A stretch of DNA of 64,000 bases from Scenedesmus sp. PABB004 (lineage: Eukaryota), in the NCBI GenBank assembly GCA_014905635.1, contig JABVCE010000036.1, positions 124,001 to 188,000 on the forward strand. Reading direction: 5' to 3'. Each line of letters begins with the position of its first letter. The stretch's first letter is position 1. Made by a program: the position numbers and the translations under genes. The notes under the pieces are model-generated. The model was not told the DNA's origin, made no database searches, and saw only the letters and a program-made list of their open reading frames with translations. This document shows, piece by piece, positions 47,178-59,474 of this stretch.

Positions 47178-48718
47178 TCAGCTGCCGCTGCCGCCAGCCG
47201 CGGCCTGCTCCTCGTCCGCCTCCTCCTCCACCTCCTCGGGCTCCGCCTCCTCACCCTGATCGTCAGCCTCCTCCTCCTCCTCCTCCTCGTCGCCGCCACC
47301 GAGCGGCGCGGCGGGCACAAAGCGGCGCGCAAAGGTGAGGTACCCGGTGTGCCCGCGCGCCTCCATCGACGGCTTGGCCAGCACGCACTGCACCACGCCG
47401 CCGCCGGGCGGCGCCGCCGCCGCTGCGGCCGAGCTGCCCGGCCCAGCCGTTGCTGGGTCGCCGTCGGCGGCGGCCGCCTCGCCGCCCGCCGCCGCTGCTG
47501 CCGCTGCCGCTGCCGCTGCCGCTGCACCGCCGCCGTCCGCGGCGGCGCGGCCGCGCTTTTTGCCCGCGCGCCCCGGCGGCGCGCCGGCCACGTCTGTGTG
47601 CAGCACCTCGGTGGTGACCTCGTAGTTGCGCAGCAGCACCTCCAGCGTGCGCACGTCGGTGAAGCCGCACCGGTCGAGCGCCTCGCACGTGCGCTGCACC
47701 TGCGCGTCCCCGTCCGCGGCGGGCGGGGCGGCGGCAGAGGTCGGCGGCGCACAGCACGCGCGGCACGCAGCCGCCGGCAGCTGGGCGCTCCGCGCTGCCG
47801 CCGCGCCCGCCGCCGCTGCCGAGCCCGCCGCCGCGCCCGCGCCCGCCGCCGCGCCCGCGCCCGCCGCCGCGCCCGCCGCTGCCGCGCCCGCCGCCGCGCC
47901 TGTTCTATGCAGGGGCTGAACGAGCAGAACGCGCCGCCCGGCACGAGGCAGCGCGCGGCGCTGGGCACGACCTTCCAGGGGCCGGGCAGGTCCAGGAAGA
48001 CCGCGTGCGCCGCGCCAGCGAGGCTGCCGGGGCCGTCCTCCGGGAAGCCGAGCTCCTCGATGTTTCGGTGCCCCACACACACGAGCCCGGCGAGGCCGTG
48101 CGCGTCAAACTCGCGCGCCGCCTCGGCGGCGCGCAGCGCGTGGAAGTCAAACGTGTGCACGCGCCCGCCCGGCGCGACGGCGCGCGCGAGGCTGTGCGTG
48201 AGCGAGCCGCTGCCGGTGCCGCTCTCGAGCACGACCGCGCCGGGGCGCAGCCCCAGGTGCGCGACGACGAGCGCGATGTCGGCGACGTACAGGATCTGCG
48301 TGCGGTGCCGCAGCACGAGCGTCCACAGCTCCGGCGTCGGCGCGAGCAGGTAGACCCAGCCCCGCGCCGGCGGCCGCGCCGTCACGCGGCTGCCAAACGG
48401 CACGCCCAGCCAGTCCTGCGCGCCGGGCGGCGCGCGCGCGCCGGCGGCGTGAGGGACACGACTGGGCACGGCCGGGGCGCCACCAGCCGGGCGCCAGCGG
48501 CCGCGGCGGGCCGCGGAGCAGCGGCGCGCGGGCAGCCGCCGCGCCCGCCGCCGCCGCCGCCCCACCCGGTGCTGAAAGGTGCCGTAGCGGTTGGCGTAGG
48601 ATGCCTTGGCATCCACCGTGACCGCCTTGATGGCGTTGAAGCTCTCGTAGACGACCACCAGGTCGCCCTCCGCGATGAGCCGCGGCCCTGGGCCCGGCCC
48701 GGTCGCGGGAATGACCAT
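47178..48718 (-). CDS. TRM61: tRNA (adenine-58-N1)-methyltransferase catalytic subunit
   Basis: YLLAPTPELWTLVLRHRTQILY, VLESGTGSGSLTHSLARAVAPGGRVHTFDFH, AVFLDLPGPW, FCSFSPCIEQ|VQRTC, GHTGYLTFA. Confidence 0.96.
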
Positions 48719-49141
48719 GCGGCCGCGCTGCGCCGCTTTATGGGCGGCGATGTTAGCGCTGGAGGTAGGGGCCGAGCGGCGCCGCAGTTGGCCGTCCGCA
48801 GGCGCGCTGCGGGGCGCGGGAGCGCTTCGACGCGGCGGCGGGCTGCTGCCACGCACGGTGAGCCAGGCGGCGGCTGCGGGTCTCTTGGCGAGCGGCGGAC
48901 TGCGCACTGCCACCGCGACTGGCCTCAGGGCGCGGGTGGCCCGCCACTGCGCGGCGCGCGACCGCGCGAGCCGTCACCACGCTGCGCCGCCGCGGCCTGG
49001 CGCGCACCGAGCGCGGCGCATGCTCTCGCCCGCAGTTTCTATCGCATCAACATCACGTACGCACGCACCCGAACCGAACGCCAGACGAACGCAACTCGCC
49101 CGGCAGCTGCAGCAGCACGCGCTCGCAGCAGGGGCAGCGCC

Positions 49142-50940
49142 ATGCCTGGCGTGACGGAGCCCAACGTGTTGGATGAGGTGCACCGGTGAGCTGGCGTGGC
49201 TGGCGTGCGTGGCTGCGGGCGTGTGCGTGTGCGCGGTGGCGCGGTGGCAGCGGCGCTGATGGCCTCTGCTGATGCGGCGCCCGGCAGCGATCGCGGTGCC
49301 TGGCGACCCGGCAGCCGCCCGCCTGTGTCGCTCGCGCTGCCCTGCGTGTGGGGCAGCGGCGGCGACGGCGGCGGCAGTCGGCGGCAACAGCCCGCCACGC
49401 GCCGCGCAGGACCTGCAAGGCCGCGGCGGTGGCCTGCCCGTCGGTGGCCATCGACGCCGACGCGGTCGCGGCGCTCGCAGCGGGCCTGGACGCGGCCGCC
49501 GTGCGCGCGGCGGGCGGGCGGGGCAACCACTTTCCGCTCAAGTTTGAGTCGGTCGAGGACGAGGTGAGCGGCGGCGGCGCCTCGGGGGCAGCAGCGGCCG
49601 GCAGCGGCGGCGGCTCCGCAGCGGCGGCGGCGGCGCGCTGGCGGGTGCGCCACGCTCGCACGCGGCCCAGCGCCCCCCCCCCCCCCCCCCCCCCGCGGCC
49701 CCGCCGCGGTGCGTGCCACCTGCGCGGCCGCGGTCAGGTGACCTTCCTGTCGCTGTTCCACCTCCTGGACTTTGGCAGCGGCTACGATGCGCTCCTGCAG
49801 GCACGCACGCCGGCGGTTGTGCTTGCTGTGACAGATGGTGTGCTCGCAGCGTCGTGCCGCGCCGCCCCGCGCCGCGCTCACGCGCGTGCTGGCGCGCGCG
49901 CAGGCCGCCAACAAGCGCGGCGCGGCCGAGACGGTGCAGTATGGCTGCTTCGGCCTCGCACTCTCAGCCAAGCGGTGGGGAGCCCGCGCGGGCGCTTCGC
50001 CCGCAGCCCGCGCCGCGCCGCCGCGCCGCCGCGCCGCCGCGCGGCCGCCGCACCGCCGGCTGAACACGCCCGCCCGCCCACGTCCGTCCGCCGCCGCGCA
50101 CGCGCAGGCTGGACGGCGCGTGGATGCGCGCGTTCAGCCCGTACCACGTGCACAACGCCTTTGGCATTGAGGCCAAGGCGCGTGCGCGAGCGCGCGCAGC
50201 GCGCAGGGGGCGGGGGCGCCGCGCCGGCAAGCCGTTCTGCGGCGCGCCGGCAGGCAACAGAGCCCTTCCCGACCCGCCGCCGCGCCGCGCCGCGCCGCGC
50301 CGCGCCGCGCCGCGCCGCGCCGCGCCGACCGCGCCCGCGCCCAGGTGGAGGAGCAGCTGCAGCCCGGCATCACCATCGCGCGCCCCGGCCCGCTCGCGCC
50401 GCTCGCTGGGGCGATCCACGCGGCCGTGGCGCAGGCGGGGCAGTGCCTCGACGCGTGCGGCGCGCGCAGCCTCGGCGCGTTTGTGCTGGAGCACCTCGAC
50501 GCGCGCGCCGCGGCCGGGTGCGGCGCGCGCTGCGCGCGCTTCGTGTGCTGCGTGCGCGCCGTGCCGCGCAGCGCGCGGCTCGTCGGCATCTCGGGCCCGG
50601 CGGCGTCTCCCGCCGACGCCGCCACGCCGCGCCACGCCGCGCCCCGCACCGCAGCAAGCCGCCCAGCGCCGCGAGCCTCGTGGAGGAGCTGGCGGAGGCC
50701 TTCCCCGGCTTCCAGGACGCGGGGCTCGTCGCCGGCGCCGGCGCCGACGCTGGCGCTGGCGGCGACGCCGAAGCTGGCGCTGGCGCGGACGGCGCCGGCG
50801 CCGCCGCCGGCGGCGGCGCGGCGCGCGTGGTGTTCCTGCGCAAGGCGCAGTGCCTCGCCGCCGACCTCGCGGCGCGCTTTGGCGGCGAGCAGCCGCGCTT
50901 CGCGTTCAGCGACCTCGACCGCCTCAGCGCTGACTCGGGT

Positions 50941-50977
<37 letters not shown>

Positions 50978-51378
50978 GGCGGCGGCGCGGCGGCAGCGAA
51001 CAGGGCGCGCAGAGGTTGACCCGCGCCTGCGCCCGACTCGCGCGCGCCGCAGGCGCGCTGCTGCCGGCGGTGCTGCGGGCGCTGGGGCTGCTGCGCCCCG
51101 CGCCGGCGCTCGCGGCGGCGCTGGACGCGGGCGAGGCGCTGCCGCAGGGCGCCGAGGAGCGCGGCCTGCGCGCCGCCGCGGTCGCTGCGGTCGACGCCGT
51201 CGTCGCGGCGGCGGCCGCCGCGGCGGCCGGCGGCGGCGCGGGCGGCGCGGCGGGCTTCAGCGCGCGCGACCTCAGTGCCTGGCTGCTCGCCCGCGTGAGC
51301 GATGAGGGCGGGCGGCCGCTGCTGGACGGCGAGACGCCGCTGCACCCGCACGTCACCGTCGGCACCGTCGCGTACTGA
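49142..51378 (+). CDS. Queuosine salvage protein (DUF2419/QNG1)-like, divergent
   Basis: LLDFGSGY, LVEELAEAFPGFQD, VVFLRKAQCLAADL, FSDLDRLSADS|GALLPAVLRALGLL, EERGLRAAAVAAVD and PHVTVGTVAY-stop follow the DUF2419 motif order (F..FRD, FYKRAQ, LTMFADYRVPQVL, EVEIRA, HRTRSIYY). Confidence 0.75.
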
Positions 51379-51837
51379 CGCGGGGTGCTGCAAGCGTGTT
51401 ACGTCAGGCCGCGCGGCTGTCTCCGCGCGCTCTCCGGCCGCGCCGTCATCGTGCCGCGGCCGCCCGCCGCCCGCTCCCACGCCCGCTGTGCCAAGCCGCC
51501 CACGCACTAGTCGCCGCCGCGCTCATCCCCGGCGCCACGCCGCCGGGTCACTTTCGGGGCGGCCGCCGCCCGAGCGCAGTCGTCCGTACGAGCGCAGTCG
51601 TGCCGGCCCAAAACGACGCGCGGTGCGAGCAAAATGCCCCGCGCCCCTCTCGCTCGCGCGCGCCAGCCTGAGGCCCCCTCGTGCGCGCGCGTCAGTGCGG
51701 CACCACATCACAGGCTGACCGGTCGAGCCCCCACCAACCACGCGCGTCAAAACTGGCGGCGCCGCGCCCCCGCTCCGGCTGCGCTCCCCAGCGCCGCGCG
51801 GCAGCCCCCCCCCCCCCCCACGCCACGCCCGCCCGCC

Positions 51838-53555
51838 TCACACGCGCAGCCCCGCCTTGCCCAGCGCGCCGAGCAGGCGCGCGTAAAACTTGCCCTGCTC
51901 AACGCAGTCCCGCCCCTTGTCCATGTACCTGCGCGCGCGCGCAGCACACGGCGCGGCGGCGGCGGCGGCGCGCATGAGCGCTGTCCACCTCGAGCGCGCG
52001 GGCGCTGCCGGCCCGGCGCCGCCTGCGCCGAGCGCGTCGCGTCGCGTGCTGCTGTGCGCGCGCCGCCGCCGCCGCCCGGGGCGCACCGGGGGACCATGTA
52101 GGTGTCGCCGTAGCGATACCGCAGCACGCCGGGCACGTCGGCGGGCACGCTCACGGGCGTGCCCCGGAACTTCATGACGCCCAGGGGCAGCACGAGGGAC
52201 GCCGGCACGTCGCACAGGTCGCCGTGGCCCTGCGGGATGCTCAGCATGCGGCCGGCGCCGCCGCACGCGCCGCCGGGGTGCGGCTGCGCCTGCGGCCGCT
52301 GCTCCTGCGCCGGCTGCTCCACCAGCAGCCCGCCGCTCAGCTCGCCGGCCGCGCCGCCGTCGTCGTAAAAGGCGCCGTACTGGGCGGCGGCGGCGGCGGC
52401 GGCGCGGCGACGGCGCGTCAGCGCACCAGCCGCACAGCCGTTGCGCCGCCGCGCCGCGCTTCGCCGCGCGGGCTGCCGGACGACCGCCGCGGCCGCCGCG
52501 CCCGCGGCCGCGCACCAGGTCCATGACGCCGACGCCGCTCATGACGCGGATCCAGGTGATGCTGCGGTCCTCGCTCGGGACGACGGTGTAGACCCGCAGG
52601 TGCGGCAGCGCGGCCCGCAGCGCGGCCAGCAGCGCGTCCCAGTCGGGGTTGAGCAGCACCAGGTCGGCGTCGTTGTCGTGCAGGATGACGTCGCCCTGCA
52701 CGGCGCGGCGGCGTCATCGCGACCCGGTGGCGGTGACGCGTGTGGGCGGGCGGGGCGTGAGCAGGCGCGTGCGTGTGTGAGGCCCCAAGGGGCGAGAGAG
52801 CCCCCCCCCCCCCCCGCTCTGACGCCAGCGCGGCTGCGGGCGGCGAGGGGGGCAGGCGGGGGCTGCCGAGGCGCGCGCCGCCGCACCTCGCGGTACATGC
52901 CCAGCAGCGTGCCAAAGTCCGCCCAGTACTGCACGCCCAGCCGGTCCAGCACTGCGCGCGCGCGCAGGTCGGCGGTGCGCGGCTGAGCGCCAGCGCGCCC
53001 CGCACCTGGGGCCTGCCCGGCGCGCCCGCACGCACCCGGCGCGACCTGGCGCACGAGATGCCGCAGGTTGCGGCGGCGCAGGTGCTGGTAGCCCTGGCGA
53101 CCGTCGGCGCGCAGGGGACGCGGCGCGCGGGGCGGCAGCAGCGGGCGCGCGGGTGTGAGCCGCCGCCGCGGGGGCGGAGAGCCGCGCGCTGGCGGCGCGG
53201 CGCGTGCGGCCACTGCTCTGCGGACGGGTACCGGCAGGCGCGGCGGCGCGGCGCCCCGGCGCCGCATGCATCGCCGCCGCGGCGCGTTCCCGCTGCTGCC
53301 GGCGCCGCCGCCGCCGCGCACCTGGATGCCCGCCTTCACGCCGCAGTAGAGGCTGGTCGCCACCACGACGCCCAGGGCGACGGGATTGCGCCCCGCGTCC
53401 TCGGCAGGCACCGGGCTGCCCCGCCGCTCGGCGGCATGCACCGCGCTGCCGCGCCGCTGCGCGTTGCGCCGCGCGGGGCGCTCGGGCGTGTCGTCGCGCT
53501 GCTCACGCTCCTCTGGCCGGGACTTGAGGACCGTTCCCGGCCAGCCGACCGCCAT
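51838..53555 (-). CDS. LicD/fukutin-family nucleotidyltransferase-fold protein
   Basis: LDRLGVQYWADFGTLLGMYRE|GDVILHDNDADL and VPADVPGVLRYRYGDTYMVP, with an N-proximal hydrophobic segment. Start codon is tentative. Confidence 0.85.
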
Positions 53556-53748
53556 CTCGGCAAGCGCCGCTGGAGCTACCGCACTGCTGCTGCTCGCGCC
53601 CACACGCGGTTCTGGCGTCGCGCTCGCGGTCCCGACGGTGCGCACTTGCTCTCGGGGCCTCGCGCAGCGCAGGCTCGGCCCGCGGCGGGCGGGCGGGGCA
53701 CAGCGGCGGCGCAAGCCGCGGCCGGATGACTGGTTGCCTGAGCGCTCC

Positions 53749-54900
53749 TCACGGCGGCGCCGGCGAGCCCCCGAGCGCCAGGCCCGCCGCGAGCGCGGCG
53801 GCGTTGAAGCCGGCGTGCAGCGCGACCGCGGGCCCGACGCTGCCGCTCGCCAGCACCGCGCCGCCGGCCGCGGCGCCCATGCAGCAGAACGTAAAAAACT
53901 GCGGGCGCGGCGACGGCGGCGGTGCGGGGGGCGTCGGGGTCGCCCCTGCGAGCTCCCACACAGCCGGCTCGCCGCCCAGCTGCCAGCAGCAGCCACACCT
54001 GCGATGGGTCCAGGTGTATGACCGCGAACAGGGCGGCCGCGAGCGCGACGGCGTCGTAGCTGCCAAGGCGCTCGCGCAGCGCGGTGAGCAGCAGGCCCCG
54101 GAACAGCAGCTCCTCGGCGACTGCGCAGAGCGCGGGCGGCGGCAAAGGCGGCAGAGGCGGCCGCGTGTGGGCACGGCGCGCTGGCGGGAAGGCGAGGCCG
54201 CCTACCCCTCCGCGGTGCTGTGCGCGCACCTGCCGGCGAGAGCGCGGCCGTCAGCAGCAGCGCGGGCACCGAGCCGCCGCCGCCGAGCAGCGCCGCGCCG
54301 GGGCCCCCCGCGGCGGCGGCGCCGGCGGCGGCGCCCGCTCTGAGCGCGTCGACGTTGCCGGTCTTGACGGCGATGGCGAGGTTGATCACCGCCCACAGCA
54401 ACGCGCCCGCGCCAAAGCCTGCCGCAGCGACGGCGGCAGCGGCGCCGCCTCGGCGCGGGCGCGCGCGACAGCAGCGCACACGCGGCGCGGCGCCCCCGGC
54501 AGCCCGGCGGCGCACCCGCGAGCCAGTCTGTCGGCCGCGCCGGCGGCGCGAGCCTCAGCGTGTCGGCGAGGTCCCAGCCGCGCCGGCGCATCCACACGAG
54601 CGTTGGCGAGACGAAGCCGCCCCACTGCAGCGCCGCGAGCCGCGCTGCGCCCGACCCCGGGTCGCCGGCGAGCAGCCACTGTCCGGCCGGCGTCAGGTCG
54701 GTCAAAAACAGCAGCCCCAGCGCGGTGTAGCAGTACCAGTTGACGCCATCGATCAGCGCAGGGCGCTCAGGCTGCTGCGCCGCCGCGACGCGGCTGCGCG
54801 GCCGCTGCTGCGCGCCGCGGCCGAACGCGCACGACCGCCGCCGCGGCGCGGCACCGCCACGGGGGACGGCGGTGCGGGCGTGCTGTGCCGCGTGCAGCAT
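53749..54900 (-). CDS. CPBP/Abi (CAAX protease II-like) intramembrane metalloprotease, probable plastid transit peptide
   Basis: Motifs AEELLFRG, LFAVIH and VALHAGFN, multiple hydrophobic segments, Arg/Ala-rich leader. Confidence 0.88.
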
Positions 54901-55453
54901 GGCGGGCGTGGAGCCGGGGGAGCGGTCTGGTGCGGCGCGCGGCGCGCGCGGCAGTCGGGCAGCGGCGCGGCGGCACAGCGGCGGCGCAGCAAACCGCGCG
55001 ACGGCCCCGCGGGGCACGGCCTCGCTCTCCACGCCTCGCCGTATCAATCACTGCCCCGCCACGCCGGCCTGACCGCCTCGCTGCGCGCCGTCGGGCGAGG
55101 AACCGCTCCCAGGGCCGCCCTGGGCCACCCGCGCGCCAGCGCCGCACCCAGACCGCCAGGCGCGGGCGCGAGGCGGTAGATCACGATCCAGGTGGGCGCA
55201 CGGTGGGGCTGGTGCATGGCAGCGCCGCCCGCGCGCGCGGGGGAGGGCAGGGATGGGGGGCCCGCTCTCGTGATGCGCTCCCAGCGCACGCGGGCGCAGC
55301 GTGGGCGGGAGGCGGGCCGCCCACGCCGCCTCAGCGCCGCCGCCGTCCTTCCGGGCCCGATCAGCGCTCGCGTGCAGCAGCGGGCCGCCCGCGCGGCGCG
55401 GCGCCGCGCCGCTGCTCCGCCGCCAACCGCCGCCGCCGCGGCGCGCAGGCGCC

Positions 55454-57281
55454 ATGAAGCTCACCTTCCGCACCATCAAGGGCTCGACCTTCAACCTCGA
55501 CGCCGAGCCGAGCACGACGATCGGCGCGCTCAAGGCCGCGGTCGAGGCGAGCCAGGGCGCGTCGCTCCCCGCCGACGCGCTGAAGCTGGTGTACAAGGGC
55601 GAGTGCCGCGCCGGAGCGCTCGCGGGGGAGGCCCGGCGCCGCGGCCGCCGCCGCGCGCCGCCCTGACCCGCCGCGCCGCCGCTGCGCTGCCGCCGCGCGG
55701 CAGGCAAGATTCTGGAGGACGGCGCGAAGGCCATCAGCGAGTACGCCGTCGACGAGAGCGGCTTCCTCGTGGTCTTTGTGCAAAAGGCGCCCGCCGCCAA
55801 GGCGGCGCCCGCAGCGGCGGCGCCCGCGGCGACGCCCGCGGCGACGCCCGCGGCGGCCGGCGCGTCGGCGTCGGCGTCGGCGGCCGCGCCCGAGGTGCGC
55901 TCCGCGGTGGCGGCGGCGGCGGCGGCGGCACGCAGCGACGCGCAGCGGGCGGCCGGGGCGGCGGTCGACGCCCACGCGCCCCGCCCCCCGCGCGCCGCAG
56001 GCGATGCAGGTCGACGCGCCCGCCGCGCCCGCCGCGCCCGCCGCGCCCGCCGCGCCCGCCGCGGCGGCGCCCGCGCCCGCGGAGCCGGCCGCGGCGGCGG
56101 CCGAGCCGGGCGACGCGTACACCGCGGCCGCGAGCCACCTGCTCGCGGGCCCCGCGCTGGAGCAGGCGGTCGGCAGCATCGTGGAGATGGGCTTTGCCCG
56201 CGACGAGGTCATGCGCGCGATGCGTGCCGCGTACAACAACCCGGAGCGCGCGATCGAGTACCTCATGTCAGGAATTCCCGAGCACGCCGCCGCGCGCGCC
56301 GCGGGCCCCGGCGCCGGCGCGGCCGCGGCGGGCGCCGCGGCCGCGGCGGCCGGCGCCGGCGGCGCGCCCGCGGCGGCGGCGGCGGCCGGCGGCGGCCCCG
56401 CGGGGCCGCCCGCGCCGCAGGCGTTCGACATGTTCGGCGGCGGCGGCGCCGGCGGCGGCGCGGGCGGCGGCGCCGGCGGCGACGGCGGGCCGCTGGAGTT
56501 CCTGCGCGGCAACCCGCAGTTCCAGCTGCTGCGCCGCGCGGTGCAGGCCAACCCGGACATCCTGGCGCCCATGCTGCAGGCGCGGCGGGGCGCGCGGCGC
56601 GGCGCGGCGGCCCGCTCGCTGCACCGCCCGCTCGCTGCACCGCCCGCTCGCTGCTGAACAACCGGCCGGGCGCGCGGCGCAGGAGCTGCGCAAGCAGAAC
56701 CCTGGTCTCATGGCGCAGATCAGCGCGCACCAGGCGGAGTTCATGCAGATGGTCATGGAGGCGCCGGAGGAGGGCGAGGAGGAGGAGATGGCGCAGATGG
56801 CGCAGGTGGGCGGGGCGCGCGGGGCGAGGCGCGCGGGGCTGCTGGCGGGGCCAGGGGTCGGGGGCGCGCTGGCGGCGGAGGCAGCGGAGGCGGGCGGCTG
56901 ACGCCGCCCGCGCGCGCTTCCGCCCGCGCGCGCGCAGCTGCTGGGCGGCATGGGCGGCGGCGGCGGCGGCGGCGGCGGCGCGGGCGGGCTGCCGCCGGGC
57001 ATGGTGCAGGTGCGGCGCGCCCGCGCGGGCGCTGCTGCTCTGCACGGGGCCCGCCGGCGCCGCCGCCGCCGCTGCGGCGGGCAGCGCCGCGCCACCGCCG
57101 CCCCCGCCGCGGCCGCGCGCTGCAGATTGAGCTGAGCGAGGCGGACGACGCTGCGATCCAGCGGCTGCAGGGGCTGGGCTTTGAGCGCGACGCGTGCATC
57201 GAGGCCTACCTCGCGTGCGACCGCAACGAGGAGGTCGCCGCAAACTTCCTGCTCGAGGGCGGATTCGGGGAGGCCGACTGA
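55454..57281 (+). CDS. RAD23: Ubiquitin receptor RAD23 (UBL-UBA-XPCB-UBA)
   Basis: [116 protein letters not shown]. Confidence 0.96.
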
Positions 57282-57470
57282 CGCGCGCGGGGCAGGGCGG
57301 CGCCGGCCGGGGAGGGCGCGGGTGATTGCCGCCCGCGCGCGCGCGGGCGGCGGCTGCGCGGGGCGGTTGGTCGCACGCTCGGTGCGACAGGTTTGGGCTC
57401 TTCGCTGTGCGCCGCCCGCGCCCCAGGGGCGGTCGCGCCGGCCGCTGCAGGCCGGTAACCAAGGGCGCAG

Positions 57471-58914
57471 TCAGCCGTCACGCACTCCTCCCGCACTCCT
57501 CCCGCCCGCCGCCGCCATCGCCGCGGCCGCTGCGTCAGCCTCACGCAGCGCGGTGCTGCTCAGCTTGGCCGCGCCGCCAACGAGGCCGACCGCCACGAGG
57601 GCCAGCGGCGCAAAGCCGCGGCGCGCGCGGCCCGCGTTGATGGCCTCGCCGCCGGGCAGCGTCTCCTGCGACACCACCAGCGCCTGCATGCCCGGGTCGA
57701 GCTCCGCCTGCGTGGGCGCCTGCGCGCGCGCGCCGGCGGTGCTGGCGTCGGCGCCGCCGCCGCCAGCGGCCGCGCCCCGCGCGTGGCCCCGCGCGTGGCC
57801 CCGCGCGCCGCCCGCCCCGCACCTGCGGGTCAGCGAGCGCGCCCCAGCTCACAGCCAGGCCGGGGCGCACGAGCGCCAGGAAGTCGACCGCCGCGCCGCG
57901 GCGCGCGTCGTAGCCGTGCAGCAGCGCGCGGTTGGCCTTTGCCGCCAGCAGCGCGTCGGCTGCGCCCGCGGGCGGCGCGCGGGCACGGGCGCGCCGGCGG
58001 CAGCGGCAGTGTCAGCTCCCGGGCCGCCGCGGTCGCGTGCCCCTGCCCGCGCGCGCCGCGCGCGCTGCGGCCGCCGCCGCCGCTGCGGCCGCCGCGAACG
58101 CCGCGGCGCTCACAGGTGATGCCGACGAAGACCTGGCCCCGGCACACGAGCGCCGTCGCGGCCAGCAGCAGGCGGTGGCCCGCGTGCAGGCGGTCAAACG
58201 TGCCGCCGACCGCGACGCGGTCAAACAGCAGCTCCCGCTCCTCCTGGGGCGGCGGCGCCGCCTGCGGCAGCGCCTGCTGCTGCGGCGTCGACCGCGGCTG
58301 CTGCGACTGCGGCTGCGGTGGCGGCTGCGCCTGCGGCGCCTGCTCCGCCTGCTCCGGCTGCTCGACCTCCTGCGCCGCCGGCTCCGGCGGCAGCGCCACG
58401 ACCTCCGCCTGCAGCGCCGCCCCGGGTGCGGCGCGCGCGTTGCGCTGCGCCGCCAGCGCGCGCGCCTGCTCCGCCGCGGCCGGGTGCGCCAGCAGGGCCT
58501 GCAGGTCCGGGAGCGCCGCCAGCCGCTCTGCGCGCGCGCGCGGGGCCGCAGTGCCGCGGGGGCGGCGGCGGCGGTCGGCGCGCCGCTGCCGCTGCCGCTG
58601 CCGCTGCCGCTGCCGCCGCCGCGGCCGGCGTGGGGCGGGCGTCGCGCCGGCGCCGCACCGGCGTCCCAGCCCGCGCAGGCGAGGCAGGGCACGACGTCCA
58701 GGCGCGGGTCGAGCGCGCCCACCGCGGCGTAGAGCTCCGCGAGCCACTCCAGCAGGCGCCGGTCGGCGCCGCCCGCCCCGCGCGGCGGCGCGGCGGCCAG
58801 GTGCAGGTACACGCGCCGGCGCAGTGCCGGGCCCGCGCCCGCGGCGAGCAGCGCCTCCAGCTCCCGCCGCGCCGCGCCCGGTGGCACCAGCACCAGCGCC
58901 GCGCCGTCGGGCAT
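57471..58914 (-). CDS. COAD: Phosphopantetheine adenylyltransferase (eukaryotic/plant type)
   Basis: VAVGGTFDRLHAGHRLLL, VFVGIT, ALVVSQETLPGGEAINAGRARRG, KLSSTALR. Confidence 0.92.
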
Positions 58915-59297
58915 GGGGGCTGCTGCGGCAGCGCCCGCGGCGGCGGCGCGGCGCGGCGGGGCCCCGGCGGAGCGGCGGCGGGCGACGGCGCACGGGGCGG
59001 CGCGGCGTGCGCGCGCGGGAGCTGCGGGCGACGACGCGCGCATGGGCGGGGGGTCTGTCGTCCGAGCGCACGGCATGGGGCAGCGGGCCCAGCCCTCTCC
59101 TTGTGCCGCCGCGCTTCAGAGCAGCGCCGAGTTGCCGGCGCTGCCGCCGCCGCGCGCGGGTGCGCCCCCTTGCCCCGCCACTCCTCCCGCGCGTTCGCTG
59201 GCCCGGTTTGACTCCAGATCGACCCCTGACGCAGCCCCTGCGCGCGCCAGATCGGGGCGCTGCAGCACCGCCCGTCGCCCGGGCCCGGCGCGCCGCC

Positions 59298-59474
59298 ATG
59301 CCGCCCTCCGCGCGCGTGGGCTTCCAGTGGGAGAAGTTCGAGGCGTGGCGCGCGCACCCGCTGCTGCAATTCCAGCGCCGCAACGCGGTGCCGGGCTTCT
59401 TCATCGGCCTCACCGCCTTTGCCGCCTACGTGGTCTACGACAAGGCCACCAACGACGGCAAGGGCCACCACTGA
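59298..59474 (+). CDS. NDUFB3: Mitochondrial complex I subunit B12 (NDUFB3), intronless, 58 aa
   Basis: EAWRAHPLL..NAVPGFFIGLTAFAAYVVYD..HH matches the plant/algal B12 pattern. Confidence 0.88.
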   Translation: MPPSARVGFQWEKFEAWRAHPLLQFQRRNAVPGFFIGLTAFAAYVVYDKATNDGKGHH

